From: Lama guanicoe | Taxonomy: Eukaryota | Assembly (NCBI GenBank): GCA_013239625.1 | Contig: MU053472.1 | Coordinates: forward strand, 558,001-622,000 | DNA length: 64,000 bases | Direction: 5' to 3' | Shown here: positions 52,570 through 64,000 of the stretch, piece after piece | How positions within the stretch are numbered: position 1 is the stretch's first letter | Layout: every line of letters starts with the position of its first letter | Translations under genes and position numbers: made by a program | The notes under the pieces: model-generated | Told to the model about the DNA's origin: nothing | The model's input: only the letters and a program-made list of their open reading frames with translations | Database searches by the model: none

Positions 52570-53525
52570 TATAAAGAGTTCTCACAACTCAATAATAAGA
52601 AAACAACCCAGTCATTTTTAAAATGGGTAAGAAATTTAAACAAAGGTATAAGGATGGTAAATAAGCACATGAAAAGATGTTTATCATTAGTCATTAGGGA
52701 AATACCAATTAAAACCACAATTAGACACCTCTAAAATAAAAATTTTAAGAAGGGTGTGTATAGCTCCATGATGGAACGCTTGTTAGCACGCATGATGTCA
52801 TGGGTTCAATTCCCAGTACCTTCATTAAAAGGGAAAAGAAAAGAAAACCAAAACCAAAAAAATATTTAAGCTGACAATACTAAGTACTGGTGAGGATGCA
52901 AAATAACCAGAACTCTCACATGCATTGGTAAGAATGCAAAATGGTGCAGCCACTTTGAAAAAGTTTAGCTTTTTAAAAAAAAGTTAGTCATACACTTCCC
53001 ATACAATCTAGCAGCCTACTCCTAGATGTTTACTCAACAGAAATGAAAATATGTATCCATACAAAAACCTGTACATAAATGTGTATAGCAGCTTTTAATT
53101 GCCAAAAACTGGAAACCATCCAATTGTCCACTAAGAGGCAGACAGACAAGTTGTGGTTTGTCCATAAAATGGAATACTACTCTGTAGTGAAAAGGAACTA
53201 CTGTCACCTGCATCAGCATGAATGAATCTCAGGTGCATTATGCTGACTGAAAGAAGGTAGACTCAGAAGGCTACATACTTTTTGGCTTCCATTTATCTAA
53301 CATTCTAGAAAAGGCAAAATTGTTGAGACACAAAAAAGATCAGTGGTTGTCAGGGGTGAGAGAAGAATTGATTGTATGTGGGAATACTTTGGGGGCTGAT
53401 GACAGCTTTTGGAGTGATTGTGGTGGTGGTTATATGTGATGTCAAATGCCATAGAATTGTACACCTAAAAATGGACAATTTTAGTAGATGTGAATTATGC
53501 CTCAATAGACCAGACATTAAAAAAA
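52570..53525 (+). mobile_element. L1M 3' fragment (ORF2 end and 3' UTR), interrupted by a SINE
   Basis: caactcaataataagaaaacaaccca, gtcattagggaaat, aaatggtgcagccactttgaaaa, gccaaaaactggaaac, gtgaattatgcctcaata. Confidence 0.92.
52752..52862 (+). mobile_element. Diverged tRNA-Ala-derived (vic-1-like) SINE inside the L1
   Basis: gggtgtgtatagctc...gggttcaattcccagtaccttca plus A-rich tail; similar flanks aaaattttaag and aaatatttaag. Confidence 0.8.
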
Positions 53526-56500
53526 TTTCCATACTTGGAAGTAATCTATTTCAGTATGCTCAGGTCTGCAATGAAATGAGCAGTTGATGGATCCCTGAGA
53601 TGAGTGATTTCATTTGGCGTCAGTTTTCACTCCGGAAGCCTGTGCCTTTTCTCATATGTTTGACAAGGAAACTGTCATGTGGCTCTTCTCTGCCCCAGTT
53701 CCATTAAAAATGAGTGTCTGTTCCTCACCCAGTCCATCTTCAAACCCTTATCATCTGCCGTCCAACTGACTCCTCTGTTCTCCCAACATCTCAGTAAACA
53801 GAGATCTCTCAGTGTTGTTTCTGGCCTGTATCTCAGTTGCTTTTTGACCAAACATCTTTTCCTACCACTGGTAGCACCGTCTCTTTACTCCAATTTATCC
53901 AGCAGCAAACCTGATCACTTCCTAACTTGGCTGCTTATGGAGAAGATTTTGGTCTTGCAGCAGATAGTATTGAATCCAGCTGTGGCTCAAGTCACAGGCT
54001 TCCCCATCCTGTGCCAGCGGTGTGTCGCTGCCCTTCTCTACCCCCAGCCCAGGCCTGCCAGCTGCCAGCCAGCTGTGCAGTGAGCCTGTAACAATAGTGG
54101 CGACCAAGGGGGCAGAGGCACTTGTAACCCTGAGTCTGTGTATTAAGAGGCTCTGTTTTGGAATCCCCAAATATTCTTGGTCTCATGAGTGCTGGATGAG
54201 GCTTAAGGCACTGGTCCTGTCTCCCTAGAGATTTAATTCCATTCACCCTTGGATATATTCCTGGAGAAACAGTTACACGGTAATATGTGCTGCACCACTT
54301 AAAATTGTTAATTGGAGATTGAATTACTTGTCAGCTTTTAAAAATGTAGTCCTCTCAGGTCAGGGAGGAGGGTGTTAGCAGCATGAGTGGATGAGCTATT
54401 GCATTTTTTTCTTCCCCTTCCTCTTCTCTCCCCCTCCCTTTTCCTCTGTCTCATCCTTCCTCCTTTCTTTTGTCCCTATTTTATCATTTTTTTCCCCTGT
54501 TCCGACTTATTCTTTCTCATCTCTTTCTCCCTTTCTGCCTTAGCCAAACCTTTATCAATAACCTGACAGATCCCAGAGTGACTTTAATATCTAGAGTCAT
54601 GGAATGAAGTCCAGAGATGACAGTTGCTCGGAGCAAATTTACAAACCACTCCTCAGATCCTCTTGAGAATGGAAATACCCTGATGAGAAGGAGGGAGGAT
54701 GGCAGCAAGGACTCAGCTTGTGCAGCTTCGTTCTTAGTTGCAAGAAGACTTTTGTACTCCCTTCTTCTTTAGCTAGAAGATTGCCCTGACCCACCAAAGA
54801 TTGTTTAAAGGGGGGAAGGTTGATAAAGGAGGAAAAACAGCAGATTTCTTTTTTTTTCTTTTTATTCCATCATTATTCTATGCATCATTATTTTTCATAT
54901 CTTAAGCACATGATTACAAATACTTGCTTATAAGTCTGAGGGTCCCCAGCATAATGGGTGTATTAGGACAAAAGCAATTTTTTAAAAAATTGAGCTAGGT
55001 TGCATCTATGAAACTTGGAAATCTCAATGCCTGTGTGCTGACAAATATCCTGACAAGTAAATACTATACTCATTCAGCATTACATAGTGATTTCATTTGC
55101 ACAAAACCTCACAATGCCCTGCCACTTCAGTCAAACGTCTGGAGCACTGGGGAAGGAAGGAACGTGTTTATCTTGATCTCCAAAAAGGGATTTAAAGGCG
55201 AGAGCAGGCGGTATATTAGACTGTTTTCATTGCCTGTCAGCTACGGTAAACCACGAGCTGTCGGCAGTGTCTCCAGATAAGCAGGAACAGCAGCAGAGGC
55301 CTTAGCATGTATGTGGGACTGCATTCATTTGCACTTCCTGTGTAGCTCAAAATTTCTAAAGGCCGTGTAGCATCTTGCATGGAGCCTGTAACAATTGAGT
55401 TCTGCTGCTCATCACGGGCTTAATGCAGTGTTCCTAATTCCCAGGCCTGCCAGAGGCAATAAATGAGTGCTGGATGAGGCTTAAGTTTATACTGAGAGTG
55501 GGTGAAGACCCTCTTTCAGGCTCAGCCCTTATTCAGCTCTGTCGGCAGCATGGGCACTCTTCAGAAGGGGACTCCGAGGTGGTGCCTGTTCCTAAGTGCC
55601 TCCCCACTTAGACCTGGAGGGACAGCAAAGTGGGGCCTCAGGAGGGTCACCTGTGTTTGAATGGCTCCTGCGTTTAAATGGTTATTGATGCTTGTTGGGC
55701 AGATAAAGTAAAGGTTTGTATCCACGCAGTCTAAAACGTGAGAAGAATAATTTCGGAAATGGGAAGACAGCAAGCAACTTGACTTCCACAAGAATGCATA
55801 TGCCCAAGTTGGAAAAAAAAAATGATGAAATGAAGCTCACCTACTTGACGAAAGTATTATGTTGGTGAGGGTGGTTTACCCCAGGTTTTTTCTGTAGAAG
55901 GTTGGTAGGGCAACAGATTGAAGAGTAAAACAGTGGTTCCGTCCACGTGGGTTCTTTTTTTGCCTTCTTAGACGCTTGGCAGGATTTGCGTAACGGTTCC
56001 AGCACGATCATCTCGGGGTTAGGCAGAAGGGATTTTTGTCCTCGCCCAGATTCTGCTTCTGCGGTGGGAGCTTTTGTTGTGAAGTATTCTAAAATCATTA
56101 AAACCACTTGAGTCAGCAACGACCCCTATAAATCAGGAGCTATTGTGTGCGCCCTCATTCTGCTTGTGCGTGCTCCAAACATGGTCACTCAAGATGAACT
56201 GGAGGCTCCTGCTTTCCCTTCACCGGTTGTTAAGTGGCTGTGATTGTTAGCATGTGTTTGTGGTTAGTGGAGCAGATTTCATTTTCATGTGTCCTTCCCC
56301 CTCTCCACCCGCCCCCAATCCTATGATAAGGCTGATGAGGGAAAGCTCTTTGGATGCTCTGTTAGGCTGTCCTAAAATTTTTCTCTTTAATTCCCAAATT
56401 CAATGAACCCTCTCACATGACAGACATTTCTTTAGCCCGGAGTAACGTTCTTGGTTGCGGTAAGCCCTGGTTTTCTTTCTGAACCCAGGGGAGAAGACAT

Positions 56501-59044
56501 GTAGAAATACTGCTGCCTTTTCAGAACAATGCCAGCGCGTCAGAACCTGTGTTCCCACTTTTGAAGGGAAGACATGCTAAGTTATTAAACTCCTGCTCCC
56601 TCTGAGCCTGTCCCTGGTTAGTTTGAAGAAGCTGGGGGTGGGCTGGGCAGGTGAGAGCCTCCAGGAGGAGCCCAGTGCTTGGAGGTGCTCTTCCTGTCTC
56701 AGGGGCAGAGACGTCGCAGGAGGTGTGTTTGAACAGCTAAGCCTCTCTCGGTTGGATTCCGTCCCTTTTTCTGAGATTGGTCCTTCCTACGTCTGTTACT
56801 GATTTTGGAGAGGTGTGAGGTTCTAAGTGGCCAGACATTATCAGGCACTAGCAACAGTGTTTCCCAGGAAAGAAAACAGTGTTTCTGGGTAGAAAACATC
56901 CCCAGCTCCCTCTCCTGGGCTGCGAGGCATCCTCAGCTCCCGACCCAGATTGTGAGTATCGGATATTCAGGGTCAGCACAGTGTCTCCTTTTTATTTCTT
57001 TCCCCCTTTTCCAATTTTATTTTAATAATTAAAAATACTGCTGATCACACTGAATGACTTCTGGCAGAGAGGCAGTCTGTCCCAGAAGGACCAGTTGTGG
57101 GCCATCGGGTTTATGGCGCCCATAAAACCGGAGCCCGATCAGAGCGTGGCCTCCCTGAGTGACAGGGTTTCTGCCTCCGCCAGGGTGTCCCATCAGCTGA
57201 CTGCTTTGGATGTTTGTCTGGGGTTGGTTTTCCATCGTTTTGTTTCCTGATGCATGTGCGAGTGTGCATGCGTGCACACATTTAAAGATATAAATGAAAC
57301 AGGTATGTAATGCCCTCTGCCTGTTAGAAAGACTAAAGCCATAAAAATAACAAACGGCGTGTATTTGCTAGAATGTCAAAGTTATGAGTTTATTTTGTAA
57401 TGATGTGCTCCTGCCTTCATGAGGTAAACTGGCCGTGGCGGAGGTGTTATTAGTAATATGGACTCAGTGGAGCAGAAAGCCGAGTGACCGAGAGATCAGT
57501 GTATCAGTCAGAGAGAGGGCAAATGGAAAGAGACAGCAGGAGAATGAGAAAAGAGCCGCGGTCCCAGGCCAAGATTAAAGACAGACCGAGAGGAGGAGGG
57601 GAGCCCAGTGGTCAGGCCCAGGCTCTCCCGTCCCGGAGGCCCCTTCATGGGAGCTGCTGGCATGTCGCTCCGCTCAGGGCTGCCTGCAAGGGCTTGTTCT
57701 GTGCGCGTCTTCAGCAAGGAAAGCAGTAACCTGAGAGCATATTCCTTGCTTCCTGTATTCCTTTCATAAGAGTCTCCTCCACCCCTCCTGGCTGAAGTTA
57801 AAGGGACCAAGGGCCACCAGGTCACACTGCTCTGGTCACCTCCCCCCTCAGCCTTGGGAGGGTCTCCATGTCAGGCTCACCCAGCACGCAGGGGAACCTC
57901 TCTCAGCTCCTGACAAGAAGGGGCGAGATGGGAATATACAGGTTGAATGTTCATTTATTAGGTTCTCCCTGGAGACTGGAAATGAATAAAAGTAAGGAAG
58001 AAGTTTCGTGCTGTGGTGATTTTCTGAAGGAGGAGGGGAAGGGGAAAAGAAAAGGTAGCATACAGTAAGCGCTCTACAACTGTTGAGAGCTCTCCAGGGC
58101 TTCCAGAGATGACTGGCAATTACCACACACTCAGCAGTTTGCGGTAGTCAGCGATCAGGCCGCCCAGCTTCCATCTGCTGGGTCAGAAAACCTCCCTCCC
58201 TGAAAGAAATCATTAACCAGTCTTCAAGGGAAAAAAGAAATCCTGCAATTTCCAAGTTGAAGAATATTTTGTCTTTTTTTTTCCTTCTATTTAAAGGAAA
58301 CTTTATGGTTTCCAATTGCAGGTCCTCTTCAGCCTCACAAGGGTTAAACTCCTCCAGGGACACACCAGGGCTCGGAGGCCCTGAATTCCCCCCGAAGCAC
58401 AGGAGGGAAGCACAGGGAAGCGTGTAAGAGAGATGGGTTTGGGTGTAAATCACTGCCCTGCACCCAGCACACAAAGAGGACTTTAGACTCAGGGCTTCCT
58501 GTGCATGTCATGAGTTGCTGCAGGATTCTGCCATGCGCTGAACTTGTGAGGGGACCACGTTTAGAAAACAAATGTCAAGGGGAAAAGTAACCCTTGAAAA
58601 AAAAAAAAAGACAAAACGAAGAACTCAAACCTCACAGTGTTTCTTTAACTGGGTGTCCCTCGAGATTGTCAGGAGACAGGCAGGTTACCTCTTTTGTGCA
58701 AACGTGCAACAGCTCTGCCAGGCCTGCAGGAGAGGACGTGGCCTGTGTCTCAGGGTCCAGCTTTACCCACCACTGTGGCTTCAGCTCAGAGTCAAGATGC
58801 TGCCTGTATCTGTGGCAGCTAGCAGAGAGAGGGGCTTGCTGGTGGTTAAAATTGCAACAGACTGTGTGGTTGTTTAAAACTCTTTTTTGTCTTCTGAGTT
58901 TTCTTTTTAGAACAAAGGGCCAGATAGTCCCTTAGCACAACGCACGGAGGCTAGAGTCCCTGTCTTGTGGAGAAAAGAATGAGTGAGAACTGCAGAACAA
59001 ACTTGGCCTTTTCTCTCTGTCTTTCCTCTCGCTTGTTTCTGCAG

Positions 59045-59188
59045 GTCCTCGGGAGGGAGGTGTACACCTCCAACAACCAGCTCGGGGGCATCCAGATCAT
59101 GCACAACAACGGGGTGACCCACAGCACCGTCTGCGATGACTTTGAAGGCGTGTTCACCGTCCTGCACTGGCTGTCGTACATGCCTGAG
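59045..59188 (+). CDS. ACACA: ACACA exon M, 144 nt, [15 protein letters not shown]...HWLSYMPE
   Basis: ctgcag| acceptor, |gtgagc donor. Confidence 0.98.
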
Positions 59189-59752
59189 GTGAGCCCTTCC
59201 GCCCGGCCTTCCTGCCGCAGCTCACCGCCTCTGCGTTGCAGACTCCTTTATGATAGAGGAAGTTGTTACAAAATGTTCCTCTGAAAACAGTTGATTTCTT
59301 TTTTTCCTTAGAGACATCTTTGGCCTTCTACATTTAAAATGCCTTTGGATTTCTTTGGTCAGGCCCCTTTCTGATGACTTCCAGCCACAGAAGCCTTTGT
59401 GTCTATCTGGGCTCAGATCCCAGCATATTAAAGCTTCTTCCTCATCGTGGAAGAAGCCTTTCTCCTTTGTAGGAGGCATCCTTCCCTCTGCAGAGCTCCC
59501 CAGAAAGCCTGGGCACACTGAAATCACGAGTCAGAACGCACCCTGTTGTGCCAGGCTCCCACGTGAGGCTTGAGAGCTGTACACGTTCCTCAGGGCTTGG
59601 CACACGATTGGGGAGCTTCCAGCTGAGGATTGGGACTAACGGGTGCCATTCCTTACGGGGGCCCTGCTGCCTTTGTCAGAACGACTGTTGCGGGTTGGAG
59701 TGGAGGACTGTTCTCTGACCACGATGCTCTTTCCATCTCAATCTCCTTGTAG

Positions 59753-59873
59753 AGTGTGCACAGCTCAGTTCCTCTGCTGAACTCCAAGGATCCTATAGAT
59801 AGAGTCATCGAGTTTGTTCCCACAAAGGCTCCCTATGACCCTCGGTGGATGCTGGCCGGCCGGCCTCACCCAA
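59753..59873 (+). CDS. ACACA: ACACA exon N, 121 nt, [17 protein letters not shown]...MLAGRPHP(T)
   Basis: ttgtag| acceptor, |gtacgt donor, phase 0/1. Confidence 0.97.
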
Positions 59874-60894
59874 GTACGTATATGTTGGAGGGTCGGTGGC
59901 CCTTCCGTCCTCAGGCTTTCGGTCTTCCTTTCAGTCACTACCCAATTCCTCCACAATAATGTATACCAAAGAAAACAGAGCCACTGAAGTACCTGGAAAT
60001 GAGGGACAGCTGCAGAACAGCTCTCTGCAGAAAAGGTAGAAAATTCTTCCAGCGCAAATGAAAAATGAATGAAATGAGGTTTACAATCAGCCACTGAGTC
60101 ATAAGCACTGCAGTCCCCAATACATTTCTTCTGTTTCTTCTGGTCTTAGAATAGCACTTATTCCTTAATGGGCTCAAAGACTTTCAAACCATGAAACGTA
60201 AGCCATGAAGTCATAGAATTACAGGGCCAGAATCTTCGGCCATCTAGTCTCTACAAGCAGCGATTAACGAGATCACGTCTAGAACAGGCCTTGAGACCCT
60301 TCGCTGTAGAGCGTGACGACACTTTTCCCCACAGGCTGTTGCTGGGCACGCACCCGCATATGCCCTTCTTCTCTTATGATTTTGGAAATTGTATTGATGT
60401 GTGCTTTAGTTATTAATACAAGGTTACTTTGTAAGATCGTTTCTTCATGCAGAGATTGTCCAGAGCCTTTAATTTTATAACTATACCAAATTAGAACAAG
60501 CCCTCCCTCCATGTTTATCTAATACATCCCTCTGTCTTGGGGCTGATTTAGCCAAACTTTAAAACAAAACCAAAAAACAAAAACAGGAAAAAAAAAAAAA
60601 AAGGTAACTCCATGTAGGGCAAGTGCACCTTCTTGTTTGTCAGTCCATTTGCAATTTTAACAAACTGCTTACCAGGAGGTTCTCTCGTGAAGCCCCAAAT
60701 CCCCCTGCTACATTTTTTCAGGCTGTTTGAGAAAGTGCTTGTTCTTTTTTGCCTGTTTGTTGCAACTGGTTCCCCTCAAAAAAAGGCTATATCTAAAGGG
60801 AGAATGGAATATGGAAGATAATTCCTTAAATTTTAGAGTTCTTATGATTTGATTGAGAGAGAAAGAGGTCTTCATAAGGAAGACTTAATAAACC

Positions 60895-61075
60895 TTGTGG
60901 GCACCCACTAAGCCAGGTGGGACTGTAAAGTACTTCCATATATACTCACTATCTTATTTGGACTTACTACTTCTCAGAGATAAAACGAAATCACCATTTT
61001 ACAAGCTCAGAGAAGTTAAGTGATTTGTGCAAGGTCACACAGCTAATACTTAGGAGTTGGGCTTAATCTGAAGCC
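60895..61075 (-). mobile_element. MIR SINE
   Basis: ccattttacaagctcagagaagttaagtgatttgtgcaaggtcacacagcta. Confidence 0.8.
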
Positions 61076-63048
61076 TAACTATAGATAGTGTAGAAAAATC
61101 GCCAGAGGAGGGTTGATTTTAATTTAAAATGTTACCTGTTGTCTTCACTGCCTTTTCTTGTTAATAAAACTGAATAGTTTTTCTTACATAGCCAGAAAAA
61201 TCAGCATAGTAATCTTCTCCATACCTCTCATTTTTATACCAAGATTTACGATAAGAACTATGAACCCAAGGTAGCATCAGCCTTAAAATCTAGGGCTTTT
61301 CTGGGAGAATTCAGAACAAGATTTAGTGAGTGTTCTCCTGGGAATTATCAGGAGCCATGTTAGCTGGCTTCTAAGTTCTACCTCTAAACTGAACATGACC
61401 TGCTCTTTGAGGGGCTAATAAAGCCCACTGCAATAGCCACAGCCCACCAATGACTCCCCTCCCTCAATCAACATATAAGACAGGAGGGTTTTTAAAGAAA
61501 AAAAATTTCCATTTTGGAATGAATTCTATAGTTCCAAATCATTGTTATTAAAGTAAGAACCATAAAATGATGCAAGCATATAAAGTTAAAATTTCAACAT
61601 CCTGATGCACTCAGAAGTTTGGTTTAGAGCCTTCATCAAAATTTGAGCCTTCTTTCATGGGGTGAGCAGATGAGTGTGTTTGTGTGTGGGCGGGCATTAT
61701 CCTGGCTATTATTAATGAGGTCCCCGGAATAAAATAAATTTGTGATAAACTAAGTTTTCTGTTTTTTGGATAATATTTTTTCATCGACTCCCTAGTAATT
61801 CATCCTGCTGTCTCTGCACAGCTAACACTGGCTCCCAAATCGAGTGACTTCAGATTTTAATTTAGTGAAAGCGTTAAAGAAAGCAGATGATTCCCTGCGA
61901 TAAGTTAAAGCAGATATCTTCTAGGTGAAAAGTTAAAGTCATTTATTAGAAGAGATAGTGCCATGATATTCTTCAAACTGACGCCCAACACGAGACCAGA
62001 ATCTAAACGATCGGCTTTGGGCTCACGATAGAGAGATAATTTTGAAATGGATGATCACATTTTACACTGGGGCCATAGAGGCAAGGAATGTAGAACACAG
62101 TAATTACAAGTTTAGTCTTGATAAAACACTCTCCATCCTGTTTAAGTCAGCAGAGGTTAGCTTGCTCAGATCTCCACTTTTAATTGGTTTTGGGCTTGGG
62201 TTTTTAGGGGGCGGAGGGCCATGTTCAAATTAGAAGACTCACTGAGAAGCCATAAACTGAGAGGGCGAGCTCGCGTATTTGCAGAAGATTTTGGTCAGAG
62301 AAGCCGTGGTCAAGCACGCATACCTGTGGAACAAAAGTTTTTTCTCTTGAACTAAGATGTTGAAAGTTATGCCTCTCACCAGTGATGGAAATTCTGTGTG
62401 CAAGGGCGGTGAATGACACCAAGTGTGTGCATCTGAACCATTGTATTTTCGATACCTATCACGTGTATGAGCGTGGCCCTTTCTTGTAGTAAAATGATAC
62501 TTGGTTAGCGGTAAGTAAAGGGGATGTATCTTGTTGCTTTTCTAGCAGAGAAGCTGAGTCCCCTTCCTTGTCCCCAAATTTGGGTCCTCATTTGATCATT
62601 CATACTTATCATTTGACTGTCTTCAGCTTTCCGTTCAAAGAAAATCAGTGAAATCAAACAAAACTGTAAGCGAGGCTTTAAAATAGAAATAGACATTTTG
62701 AAAACATCTTTAATGACTTGGCAACCTTTTTACAAATGTTTGTAGTGTTTTGAAAAAAGTCAGGTTATTTATTTAGAAGCATGCAGACTTTCTCTGCTAG
62801 CTGAACCCTATCGTTTAACAATAAATGATGCTTTTGCAGATAAATGATTCTTTTTATTCAGACTAGCAAATGAAATAGGGGCTGAAGTCTGAAGGCAGAT
62901 GAACATTCCATCTATTATGATATGGTTAAAAACAACAACGCACTCCCTCAAATTATCCCCCAAATCCAACCCTCAGCTTGCCGGTTCCAGTGCCTTTTCA
63001 ATGAATTGACTGTCTCTATTTTGTGTTTTCTTTCTTTCCCTTCTGTAG

Positions 63049-63145
63049 CCCAGAAAGGTCAATGGTTGAGTGGATTTTTTGACTATGGCTCTTTCTCAGA
63101 GATCATGCAACCCTGGGCACAGACCGTGGTGGTTGGCAGAGCCAG
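63049..63145 (+). CDS. ACACA: ACACA exon O, 97 nt, (T)[15 protein letters not shown]...TVVVGRA(R)
   Basis: ctgtag| acceptor, |gtaaga donor, phase 1/2. Confidence 0.98.
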
Positions 63146-64000
63146 GTAAGAGCTCTTTTGTTTTGGAAGCTCTTTTTCCTCCCAACTGAAAACAAGAAAG
63201 GAAAGGGCCACAGCTATATAGATTTTTACCAATAAAGCGCTCTTTGTCTAAACTTCCGAAGAACACTGGTTGATAGCCATGCCCAGGGCAGCACAGCTGG
63301 AGCACGGGTTCCCAGTGGTCACTTAGCGTGTCACTCCAGTGATGCGTTTAATCTGAAGTCTGGTTTTGACAACATTTCCTTTTTATGATGATGAAAAAAA
63401 AGTTCTTTGGGGGCTGGAGAGCCCAACTACAAAGCCATAGCCCCCCAGTGACCCCCCTCTGCTCCCCCAGAGGCCATTTTCTTTCAGGAGTGGGTGCCAG
63501 TTGAATCGTTCCCATCTACTTCTCTGTGTAACACACCCGAACGATCTGTGTAACCGAGAAATTCCTTCACGGCATGGAGATTTTTAAAGTAACAAACGCA
63601 CTCTACCGGCTTATCATCAGATGTGAATTGCCAAAAAAAAAAAAAAGTTTACCTGAAACAGGATGAGTGAGGAAAGTCAGCTGGAATAGGTGGCAGGGAT
63701 CCCTCTCTTTTTCAAGTGGGAAATTGAAGTTTCTATTAAATTTTAATACCCACTCTAAGAAGTGCTTCACTCAACAGCGAGCTCTGCACGAAATAATCTG
63801 CCGCGCTCGCCGGAACAAGCACCTGCCGGGGCTGATCTTAATCTGGCTCTGCGCTGGGAGACGGCCGCCCTGGGGACCCACATCTGGAGCTCACCTTCCT
63901 CTCGGGGGCAATCAGTTTTCCTTATCTTGGTGAAAAGTGGCACCTGCTCAAGATTCTCAAACATGCCACGTTGGGTTGAGATTTAGATTCCAGCCTTAGA

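Larger units (their letters stand above)
510..63145 (+). other. ACACA: Partial ACACA gene body: 15 internal coding exons, 1985 coding nt; gene continues beyond both window ends
   Basis: The exons below splice into one uninterrupted frame with consistent phases. The peptide matches mammalian ACC1 (central domain into carboxyltransferase) as I recall it. Confidence 0.99.

Noticed and set aside
41608..59050. AG|GT at the starts of exons K, L and M, resembling recursive splice sites
   Set aside because: The GT is coding (Arg-Tyr junction or Val codons) and the following bases match the donor consensus poorly.
2131..63986. The many 60-150 aa ORFs in the supplied track that do not overlap ACACA exons in frame
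   Set aside because: No recognisable protein similarity; many overlap repeats or microsatellites or are antisense shadows of exons. This is what intronic DNA gives by chance.
1..64000. CRISPR arrays, prokaryotic operons, intact transposase or reverse transcriptase genes, nested genes or processed pseudogenes
   Set aside because: None seen. The window is intron-exon mammalian DNA with decayed repeats, and the dispersed motifs at 54-55 kb have only two copies and no regular spacing.

Overview
Eukaryotic (mammalian) genomic DNA. The whole window lies inside one + strand gene, ACACA (acetyl-CoA carboxylase 1). I read 15 internal coding exons by hand from splice sites and translation. They total 1985 nt, join in one open frame with no stops (KATLVEHG...TVVVGRA), and cover the end of the central domain and the start of the carboxyltransferase region. 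The gene start and end are outside the window. Two tRNA-Ala-derived SINEs resembling the camelid vic-1 family suggest alpaca, llama or camel (inference). Introns hold ordinary MIR, L2, L1 and DNA-transposon relics plus repeat-free, motif-dense blocks that may be enhancers. Most entries in the supplied ORF track are chance ORFs. I found no convincing new biological system. The best leads are a GC-AG intron, a 45-nt candidate cassette exon, a shuffled three-motif duplication at 54.0/55.4 kb, a TSD-flanked polyadenylated internal L1 fragment, one very GC3-rich exon with an apparent K->E change, and several enhancer-like blocks. Repeat boundaries and subfamilies are approximate and come from remembered consensus sequences.
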